A stretch of DNA of 63,640 nt, counting the filler, from Myxococcota bacterium (GTDB lineage: Bacteria > Myxococcota_C > UBA6777): NCBI GenBank assembly GCA_023150835.1. It is 3 parts of 3 records of this genome, joined end to end, with 100 filler letters (N's around TTAATTAATTAA, not from the genome) between each part and the next. Parts side by side here need not be neighbours in the genome. Positions count along the whole stretch, not along the records: positions 20,515 to 40,383 come from JAKLKB010000129.1; 2 more parts are not named here. The stretch is one strand, 5' to 3'. A program made the translations under genes and the position numbers. This document shows, piece by piece, positions 20,773 through 28,855 of this stretch. The stretch's first letter is position 1, and every line of letters begins with the position of its first letter. The notes under the pieces were generated by a model, which saw only the letters and a list, made by a program, of their open reading frames with translations, had not been told where the DNA came from and ran no database searches.

Positions 20773-23700
20773 TCAGAAGCAGATCGCCTTGTAGGTGATC
20801 TCGATCTTGGCCCCTGCGGGGGGGGCATTGTTGAAGGCAACGCTGTTGTCTGTAGGGACATAAGCCCAACCGTTGGTGGGGTCGGCTTGTGGGACATTTT
20901 GCCCGTTGACTTTGACGGTGACAGTCGCGGGATCAGCGGGGCGCGAAAGGAAGAACTGTTTGCGATAGCCAAAGGTGACTGCACCGATCTGGCTGAGCGT
21001 TCCGGCCCAGTTGTTGTTGCAGATCGAGGCAACGACGCCGTTGGTGGCGTTGATCACGTCGAGATAGCGACCGCTCGAAGAAGCGGACTGACCGCCACTT
21101 GAGCAGCTATTTTGTTTCGTGGCAGGATCATAACCGATCACGCCGTTGACACGGAGAAGATCGGGGTTGCGGACGCCTTTGATGTTGCGGAAAAAGTTGA
21201 TGTAGTAGGGAGTGGTGCCGGGCGAAGAATCGGGTTCATCGGAGATGATGATGATCGCAAGCGAGGCATCATTGCGCAAAAAGCCTTTGTTTCCGCCTTG
21301 TGCGACATCCGTATTGATCAGCGGATGCGAAAGAGCAAGGCGAGCAGCTTCCAAGCCTTGTTCATTGGCAGAGCCGTTGGTTCCGACGTTTGCGTTTTGT
21401 CGGAAAACGGTGGCGAGGCTGGGAGTTGCGTTGTCCATAATCTTGGGACTGCCGCGCAATCCTCCCGGGGTGTTGTTGCCGCCGCCGATCGGGGTTCCCG
21501 TCGTGACATCGGTGGTGGTGATGCCGATCTGGAAGTCCACTTTGAGGTTCTGCGCAAAAGTGATGAAGCTCGTAAAGTTGCTTCCGAGGCTGGATTGTTC
21601 GTCGCCCATCGAGCAGGAGTTATCCACGACGAAGAGGATATCGACTTTGGGTTGGGTCGCTTGGTTGAAAACGTCGGTCTGTTCGGCATTTGTGGTGCCT
21701 TCGGCAGCGAGAGGAACGGACAACGGGGATTGTTGTGTAAGGGAGTGTTCGACTTCAAGAACGGCGTTTTGCTTGATGGCGGCGGTGGCGCGATAGGCCA
21801 CTTTGATCTCGGATTGTTGGCCTGCGTTGATCGTAAAGGGGGTGGTTTGGGCCTGTACAATACGGAAGCCGTTGGCTCCAGCCGCAGAGAAACCGACTTT
21901 GTTCACGGTGATGGCGGCAGGACAGGTGTTATAGACCAAGATGCTTTCGTTTCGAGAAGAACAATTGACTGTGACGAGGCCGATATTGAGTTGATCGGGT
22001 ACGACCTCGACGCAAGATTTGATCGCAAGGCCGGTCAGATCGGCCTCTCGGTAAGGTGGTGTGCCTTGGAGAGAGACGCGAAGCTGTCCATCAAAAGAAG
22101 GCGACCCAAGCGGATTGGCTTCTTTTTCTGCAACAGGCGAAAAACCAACATCAATGTTCACGGACTGCGAGGGTTGGATAACAAGCGGCGGATTGCACAC
22201 ACCGTTGGGGCATTGAGGTGGGAGAGCGGGCAAGACAAAGACATTGGGTCCGCTGTACGGGGGGAATCCGCTGCGGTCGATGAAGGTCTCGATCTTGGTG
22301 ATGGTGCAATCGAGAGCGCCTTGGTTGGTCCAGACGATCGGGATGGTCTTGGTTTTACCGATAACGGAGAGGCCGAAGTTGACGAGTTGCGGAACAGGGA
22401 TCAGGTCGCAGATCCGTGCGGTGCTGCCTTCACCTTCGAGGGCGACGCGGATCATCGGCTCATCAGGATCATCGCTGCGAACTTCGATGGCTCCGGCATC
22501 TTGGCCTGCATCGATCGGTTCGTAGAGGACATTGAGCGTGGCAAACTTGTTGGGTCCGAGCTTGAGCGGAAACGTCGGCGGGTTATCGAGTTTGAATTCT
22601 GGCGAGGAACCTTGGGCGATCTGGACAAAGTTGACGGTAAGCTCGCGGTCGCCGATGTTTGCGATGGTCATCGGCAAGATCTTTTTCAGAGCCACGCGGC
22701 CAAAGTTGATCTTGCGGGGCGTGACGTCGATGTTGGGGGCGGAGACTTTTCCAGACAAAGGAACATCCACGACAGGACTGGATGGGTCGTTGGACTCGAC
22801 TTGCACGACGCCTTGGTCGCCAGCGCCCGTACTTGGGCGGTATTCGATCACAACAGGGCGGCTTTCACGCGGTTGCAGGATCAAGCCCGTGATGGTGGGA
22901 ACGATAAAAGCACCGCTTGAACCAGCCTTGAGCGAGACTTTTTTGACTTCGAGGGGTGCAGAGCCGACGTTGGCGATCTGCAACGCTTCGCGCTTGGTTG
23001 AGCCGGAAGCGACGAAGCCAAAGTCGATCTGTGTGGGCGTCACTTGGATAGAAGGCGCAGCCAGCTTGCCTTCAAAGCGCAAGAGATAGGTCTCCCCACG
23101 CAAGTTGGGATCGGGATCGCTTGGAGAGCAGCTACCGCCTTCGCATTTGAAGGCCATCGTTCCGAGATCAGGGTTGCGCGTGGTGGGCGAATACTTGGTT
23201 TTGAAAGTAAAACTGGTGCCGACTTTGAGTTCTTTGGGGCCTTCGGGTTTGCCATCAGGGAAGGTAAAGCCCGGACTCGACGCGGGATCCCACAAGATAC
23301 TAACGATCTTGAGATCCGCGTTTCCTTTGTTTTCGACGCGCACCTCGATCTCTTTGGTGTCGTTTTGTTGCAACTCGCCGAAGTCTACGGGGCTTGGTGT
23401 GATCACAAGGCGCGGCTGTGTTGCACTCGCCAACAGCGGAACATCGAGGAACCCTTCTCGCGGGATCACCGCGCTACTCTCGACACGCAAGCGCCCAGAA
23501 GCCGCGCTTCCCGCAGGAGCCGTGTAGATCACACGCAGCGTAATCTGATCGCCTGTTTTGTAGGATTTCGGAAGCGTCGGTAGGCTCGCAGGATCGATGC
23601 GAAAAAAGCTCTTTCCTTGATCGATGGCGATCGAATTAATCTGAACGGGACCTGTCTTGACTTCGATCAATAGGCTTTTTGCGTCTTCTTGGCCTTGCGC

Positions 23701-23850
23701 TCCTGAAAAGGTCAGCGTATCGGGAACAGCTTTGATCTCGGTGTTGGCTTGCCCAACGCCGTCATCGCATCCGCACTGCATCAAAAAAGGCGAACACATC
23801 AAAAGCACACAAAACAGCATACGCCGCATCAAGATTGTCTGTGCTGGCAT
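20773..23850 (-). CDS. Lipoprotein with tandem Ig-like (choice-of-anchor D/ASH-type) domains and C-terminal vWA domain
   Basis: AAGGAG RBS; repeated I.V.P..I.FG.V..I.N.G..L.V..SNDP units; VDILFVVDNSCSM MIDAS, IIISDEPD. Confidence 0.85.
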   Translation of the reverse strand: MPAQTILMRRMLFCVLLMCSPFLMQCGCDDGVGQANTEIKAVPDTLTFSGAQGQEDAKSLLIEVKTGPVQINSIAIDQGKSFFRIDPASLPTLPKSYKTGDQITLRVIYTAPAGSAASGRLRVESSAVIPREGFLDVPLLASATQPRLVITPSPVDFGELQQNDTKEIEVRVENKGNADLKIVSILWDPASSPGFTFPDGKPEGPKELKVGTSFTFKTKYSPTTRNPDLGTMAFKCEGGSCSPSDPDPNLRGETYLLRFEGKLAAPSIQVTPTQIDFGFVASGSTKREALQIANVGSAPLEVKKVSLKAGSSGAFIVPTITGLILQPRESRPVVIEYRPSTGAGDQGVVQVESNDPSSPVVDVPLSGKVSAPNIDVTPRKINFGRVALKKILPMTIANIGDRELTVNFVQIAQGSSPEFKLDNPPTFPLKLGPNKFATLNVLYEPIDAGQDAGAIEVRSDDPDEPMIRVALEGEGSTARICDLIPVPQLVNFGLSVIGKTKTIPIVWTNQGALDCTITKIETFIDRSGFPPYSGPNVFVLPALPPQCPNGVCNPPLVIQPSQSVNIDVGFSPVAEKEANPLGSPSFDGQLRVSLQGTPPYREADLTGLAIKSCVEVVPDQLNIGLVTVNCSSRNESILVYNTCPAAITVNKVGFSAAGANGFRIVQAQTTPFTINAGQQSEIKVAYRATAAIKQNAVLEVEHSLTQQSPLSVPLAAEGTTNAEQTDVFNQATQPKVDILFVVDNSCSMGDEQSSLGSNFTSFITFAQNLKVDFQIGITTTDVTTGTPIGGGNNTPGGLRGSPKIMDNATPSLATVFRQNANVGTNGSANEQGLEAARLALSHPLINTDVAQGGNKGFLRNDASLAIIIISDEPDSSPGTTPYYINFFRNIKGVRNPDLLRVNGVIGYDPATKQNSCSSGGQSASSSGRYLDVINATNGVVASICNNNWAGTLSQIGAVTFGYRKQFFLSRPADPATVTVKVNGQNVPQADPTNGWAYVPTDNSVAFNNAPPAGAKIEITYKAICF

Positions 23851-24037
23851 CGAGCACTCCTTTCACATCAAACAAGTGGGGTATCCATCAGGATACAAAA
23901 GCTCGAAAAAACAGGCTGATCTCCGCATCCCTCCAACGAAAGACTGCCTTTCCTTAAAAACGGTCTCTTGCCGATCCGTCCAATTATCCGTCGAGTCGGT
24001 ACAAAAGAAAGGAACAAATGCGGAGAAACCACAAGAA

Positions 24038-25717
24038 TCAATCTTCTACTTTGAGGATCTCGGTTTTTTTGCCGGTCAATCCGCCTTCGTCGGTCACTTC
24101 GAGCGTCACTTTGAACTCACCACGCCCATCCACCAAAAAAGTCGGCGTCTTGTCCGTTTCGCTGCTAAGCTTACTCGCCGAACCCAACGGGACTTCGAGA
24201 GTCCATTTGTAGGCGGTAATCTTTCCCTCACGATCAAAACTGGTGGAAGGATCAAGCTTGACGCGGGGCCGCTCACCACCCCGAAAGACAGGATTGGGGA
24301 TGGGCTTGTCGACATCCGCAGCTTGGCAGACGTTCCCGCTGACTTCGGCACAGAGAAAGACAAAGCGCGCAAACGGAGGGATATTGACTTCAGTCCCAGC
24401 ATTGATCGCGACGACGATCCCCGACGTGGGATCTGCAAAAGCAGCATCGTTGGTTTTAACAACAACGCCCGCAGATACGGCAGTTTGTGCGGTGGGTGCA
24501 AAGATGACTTCGACTTCAAGGATCTGACCTTTTGCAAGCACAATCGGAGCGGCCTGTGTGGGGACAGGAACTTCTTGTCCACCTTTTCTGAATTTTCCAA
24601 GCGTCAAAGAAGCGGGTGCAGCGCCTTTTCCATCATCGCTGGTCAGTTTCACCTCGGAGACTTGTAGGTCACACAGCGAGTTTGCGGGATCGGGCTGCAA
24701 TTTGAGTGTTTTGGTTTCCGTTTTCCCCACAGCGATGTTCGAGAACGTCATCAATGACGAGTCGACGCTGCCGCGAGTGGGACTGCTGCCTTCAAGGCGC
24801 AACGAAAGCTGTTGCGCAGCAGGGGGTTGCCCTTTGTCTTTGTCGCCTTTTTGGAAGATGGAGTTGCTATTGATGTTGAGAAGTGCTTTGTGATCACCGC
24901 AGGTCTTGGGGGTGTACTGGACCTTGAATTCCATATCTTGGCTGGGCGTAAGTGCAAAGTCTTGGTTGAGTTCGATGGGTTTCCCGTCTTTGCCTTGGAT
25001 GGCAAAAGACTTTGCGGGATCTTCTTGAACCCAAACAAAACGAAACTTGAGTTCGCCCGTTGTTGCGGCGTTTCGGATGATCAAAGTGTCGACTTTGCTT
25101 TTGTCTTTTTCAATCTTGCCAAAAGAGATCAAAAAGTCCTTGTCACCGACCACTTGGGCGCTCACGTCGATCTTGGGTTCACCGCCGCGTGTTTGCATAC
25201 GAATCTCTGTCTTCACATCGCCGATGCTTGTAGGATCGTTGACATTTTTGGTATTCGAAACAATCAACACCTTGGCAAGTTGAAAGTCGTTGCTGTTGGA
25301 GAAGGTAAACTCCACAGAAAATTCTTTTTTCTCACCGGGCTTGAGCTTGAATGGAACGGAGGGAAAAGGAACACATTGTTGCTCATCGGCCCCAAGCGGG
25401 CATTGATCGGAGATCAATTTGAACTGCGCGCTTGCCGCAGCATCGAGCTTGATCGACTTGATCTCCAGATCTTGAGCGGTAAGAGCAGGGTCGATCTTGT
25501 TGCGGATGGAAAACTTTTTGTAGATCCGCAGCCCTGCAGGACGAACTTCGCCGATGTTCCAGCTATCGGGCGTCAACTCGATCTCGGGCAAGATCGGCGG
25601 AACGGTTTTTTCTTCGGGGCAGGCGGTTTGAAAAACACCCATCACCAACAAAAGCAGCGCCCACACCGAGATCTTTGCGATCCGTTGCGGCCAAAATTGT
25701 CGCACAAATACATCCAT
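24038..25717 (-). CDS. Lipoprotein with Ig-like repeats and C-terminal PKD-like domain
   Basis: FQTAC lipobox; Ig-like repeats; VKLDPSTSFDREGKITAYKW..FKVTLEVTDEGG PKD signature. Confidence 0.8.
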   Translation of the reverse strand: MDVFVRQFWPQRIAKISVWALLLLVMGVFQTACPEEKTVPPILPEIELTPDSWNIGEVRPAGLRIYKKFSIRNKIDPALTAQDLEIKSIKLDAAASAQFKLISDQCPLGADEQQCVPFPSVPFKLKPGEKKEFSVEFTFSNSNDFQLAKVLIVSNTKNVNDPTSIGDVKTEIRMQTRGGEPKIDVSAQVVGDKDFLISFGKIEKDKSKVDTLIIRNAATTGELKFRFVWVQEDPAKSFAIQGKDGKPIELNQDFALTPSQDMEFKVQYTPKTCGDHKALLNINSNSIFQKGDKDKGQPPAAQQLSLRLEGSSPTRGSVDSSLMTFSNIAVGKTETKTLKLQPDPANSLCDLQVSEVKLTSDDGKGAAPASLTLGKFRKGGQEVPVPTQAAPIVLAKGQILEVEVIFAPTAQTAVSAGVVVKTNDAAFADPTSGIVVAINAGTEVNIPPFARFVFLCAEVSGNVCQAADVDKPIPNPVFRGGERPRVKLDPSTSFDREGKITAYKWTLEVPLGSASKLSSETDKTPTFLVDGRGEFKVTLEVTDEGGLTGKKTEILKVED

Positions 25718-26016
25718 GACGTTCTTTCCTAACTTGATTCTAGCGCGTCGCTTCGATCAAAGCACGCAGTCCACAAGGATCAGGCTCCTCTTGACAGCCT
25801 TTTGTCTTGCACTTGTAGCAAAATCGACCGAGAGAGGCAAGAGAGACACACGCGGATGCTTTGCGGCAAACGCGGCTTCGCGCACGATGGGTTTGTCGAT
25901 CATGATGGGCTTGTGGGTATCGAAAGATGATCTGGCTTGGTTGCGTCCCATTGTTTGAACGGTTGTTATGAATAACAGAGAAGCTCACACGCAGCAAGTC
26001 TTTTTTATTTGTATCG

Positions 26017-26113
26017 GATGAGCGTGACACAGTTAACCCCAAAAAACCCTTCGACGGCGGACGATCATTGAAACGGGGATGATGAGCGTGACACAGTTAA
26101 CCCCAAAAAACCC
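26017..26113. repeat. Two exact 33-bp direct repeats in divergent intergenic region
   Basis: GATGAGCGTGACACAGTTAACCCCAAAAAACCC at 26017-26049 and 26081-26113. Confidence 0.9.
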
Positions 26114-26178
26114 GTGTTCGCGCCGCTTGAAGCGACAGCGTCGTTTGTCAGGAAAACCATCGCTCTCTTCGCCCCTCT

Positions 26179-26227
26179 CGGGGTCCATAGAGCTGCGCTC
26201 TATGGCGGAGTATGGAACCTCGCCCCA
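26179..26227. repeat. Degenerate copy of the 51-bp GGGGTC..GCCCCA repeat family
   Basis: CGGGGTCCATAGAGCTGCGCTCTATGGCGGAGTATGG..CGCCCCA aligns with 38589-38639. Confidence 0.6.
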
Positions 26228-26436
26228 CAAGACCTATCCAACGAAGCCCGTCGTGTGAGCAGTTCAAGCAGAAGGGTTGCGAAAGGTCTTGATCTTGTCG
26301 AGGGGGTGACTATAATCCGCCATTCTTTGCGCAAGTGTATCGTGCGGAGGCACGCGGATAGGCTCTCCGGGTCGAAACGCTGCGCATGGCGCGTGCGGCT
26401 CACGAAAGACAGACAATCGAACTAAGGTGGAATATC

Positions 26437-28071
26437 ATGTTAGAGAAAATGCGGACACACTCCCGCAACTGGCTGATCTCGTTTCTCTTTGGCATCATCA
26501 TCGTGGTCTTTGCAATCAACTTTGGCCCGGGCTTCGATCAGCTCAACCAAACGGGCTGCGTGCGCAACGCAGGGAATGCAGCGACGGTCAACGGCGAGCC
26601 TATCTCGCGGCAACTCTTTATGATGCGCTGGCAAAACTACTTACAAGCGCGTCAGATCCCACCGCAATTCATTCAAGCCCTCGACCTAAAAGGCCGATTG
26701 ATCGGCGAGATGATCGATGTGCTGTTGCTTTCCCAAGCGGCTCGCCGTTATGGGGTTCAGATCGCCGACGAAGAAGTCCAACAACAGATCATCGAATCGC
26801 CCGAGTTCCAAAACAACGATAAGATCTTTGATCCAGAGCGTTTTCGTCGTTTGGTGAGCTATTACGGCCTCACCACCGAACAATACCAAGAACAACGTCG
26901 CCAACTCCTTCAAGCCGATCGGATGCGCGCTGTGTTGACGGCAGGCGTACAAGTTTCGGATGACGAAGTGTTGCAGCGTTACAAAGAAAACAATGACAAA
27001 GCCAAGATCGCCTTCCTTTCGCTTCCAGCGACGGGCATCAAGCTGGATGTCAAAGTCAGCGAGCAAGATATCGATGCCTTTGTCAAAGACAGCGGCAACG
27101 AAGAAAAACTCAAGAAGCTTTACGACTCGCGCAAAAGCAGCTACGAGCGCAAAGTGCGCGTCAGCCACATCCTCGTGAAGACCGATCCTGCACGTGCGAA
27201 TGATGCCGCCTACATCGCAGAAAAGCGCAAAAAGATCGATGATATCCGCGAAAAAGTGCTGAAAGCCCCCAACGACTTCGCCAAGCTTGCCCGCGAGCAA
27301 TCCGACGATCCCACTCGCGCAAACGGCGGTGACTTGGGCTTTATCAACCAAGTGATGATGGTTCCGCCCTTTACCAAAGCCTCCTTCGCTCTCAAGCAGA
27401 TCGGCGAGATCAGCCCCGTAGTACTCACCAACTTCGGCTACCATGTGATCAAACTGACGGGTGAACAGCCCGAACGCACCTTGGCTGACATGAAGCTCAA
27501 ACGCGAACTTGCCCGTGAATTGGTCGAAACCGAACGCAACCAAAACGCCACGATGATCCTCGCCAAACAATTTCTCGCAGAAGCCCAAAAAGGCGCACGC
27601 TTCGAGGATATCGCCAAGCGTTACCAAAAACAGGACGCCCCCAAAAAGGACGCGACCTCGCAACCCACCTCCGTAGCGTCTCGCCCTGCTTCACAAACGC
27701 CTTACTACGCCCAACTTGTAGGCAAAGTCGTGGTCAAAAGCCCCGCAGCATTTACACGTTTTCCCGACAACGTTCCTGATATCGGAAGCATCGAAGAGAG
27801 CAAGTCTCTTGTCCATGCGGCTTTTTCGATGAAGCCCCAAGAACTGCTGAACCAACCTTTGGTGATCAAAGACAAGATCTTCTTGGTACAACTTCGCAAA
27901 CGCATCGATCCCAATATGAAAGAGTACGAGAAAGAAAAAGAGCAGCTTCGAGAACGAATGCTGAACCGCAAAAAGTCTCTTCTTGTCCAAACATGGCTCG
28001 AAAATATGCGTAAAAGCGCGGATATCTTCAAAAACAAAACCATCCTCTCTTACGGCCCCAACCTCAACTAG
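26437..28071 (+). CDS. ppiD: PpiD-like membrane-anchored chaperone (SurA N-terminal plus parvulin PPIase)
   Basis: MLEKMR..LFGIIIVVFAINFG anchor; AATVNGEPIS; VSHILVK, FAKLAREQSDD, GGDLG, FGYHVIK. Confidence 0.85.
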   Translation: MLEKMRTHSRNWLISFLFGIIIVVFAINFGPGFDQLNQTGCVRNAGNAATVNGEPISRQLFMMRWQNYLQARQIPPQFIQALDLKGRLIGEMIDVLLLSQAARRYGVQIADEEVQQQIIESPEFQNNDKIFDPERFRRLVSYYGLTTEQYQEQRRQLLQADRMRAVLTAGVQVSDDEVLQRYKENNDKAKIAFLSLPATGIKLDVKVSEQDIDAFVKDSGNEEKLKKLYDSRKSSYERKVRVSHILVKTDPARANDAAYIAEKRKKIDDIREKVLKAPNDFAKLAREQSDDPTRANGGDLGFINQVMMVPPFTKASFALKQIGEISPVVLTNFGYHVIKLTGEQPERTLADMKLKRELARELVETERNQNATMILAKQFLAEAQKGARFEDIAKRYQKQDAPKKDATSQPTSVASRPASQTPYYAQLVGKVVVKSPAAFTRFPDNVPDIGSIEESKSLVHAAFSMKPQELLNQPLVIKDKIFLVQLRKRIDPNMKEYEKEKEQLRERMLNRKKSLLVQTWLENMRKSADIFKNKTILSYGPNLN

Positions 28072-28285
28072 CCCTCCCTCAGACACTTTCTGCCCCTCTC
28101 CATCCTGCTTTCCAACCACCATCTCAAAAATAAACCCGATCCGCTTGAATCATGCGACGGGAAGGTCCGTCCATGCAGCCATACGAAACCCTGCGAGGAC
28201 ACAGGTCGTTGACCGCTGCTGCTTTTGATCGCAAGGTGAAAAAAAGTCTCGAACGCCTTAAAAAGAACGAGACAAGGAGGTCATC

Positions 28286-28690
28286 ATGTTTCACGACCGC
28301 TGGCTTCGATGGGTGGTCTTTTCTAGCGTGTTGGGTGGGGTATTTTTGGGATGGGTCGATCGCAGCGCGTGGGCCCAATGCAACCAAACGCTCTGCTATG
28401 TTTGGGATATCCGCAAAAAGCGCTGCACTTTCCGTTGCAAGGCGGGGCGCGAGATGTGTTTTCGCGGAAAGTGTGTGCGACTCAAACGTTGCCGCTCGCT
28501 GCGATGTGAACGGTTCGATCCCTCGAAAGGGCGCTGTGTCTCACAATGCCGCCAAGGGATGTTCTGTCACCAAGGCCGATGTACCCGCCGATGCCCACGA
28601 CCCCAATGCTACCTACAAACAACAAAACGTTGCGTCCAACGCTGCCCACCAAGAACGCGCTGTTTGAACGGCAAGTGTGCAAAAGATTAG
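28286..28690 (+). CDS. Secreted cationic cysteine-rich protein with three 6-Cys repeats
   Basis: AAGGAGG RBS; signal peptide ending AWA; 18 Cys in three C-x4-C-x7/9-C-x3-C-x5/6-C-x4-C units. Confidence 0.85.
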   Translation: MFHDRWLRWVVFSSVLGGVFLGWVDRSAWAQCNQTLCYVWDIRKKRCTFRCKAGREMCFRGKCVRLKRCRSLRCERFDPSKGRCVSQCRQGMFCHQGRCTRRCPRPQCYLQTTKRCVQRCPPRTRCLNGKCAKD

Positions 28691-28855
28691 GCGTCGTCAA
28701 CATCTCGATCATTCGGGGACTTTGCGCGTTGAGACGACGCAACCAAGCGCGTTCGATGGCGTCAGCAACGTATGCGACTTGACAAGCACGGGGGAAAGGG
28801 GCTAGAGAAAACAGGGCAAAGAACTGCAAACCCACACCATCGGGCCAAAAAAACG

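Noticed and set aside
21112-22920. 602-aa + strand ORF
   Set aside because: Antisense shadow of the Ig/vWA gene; no motifs
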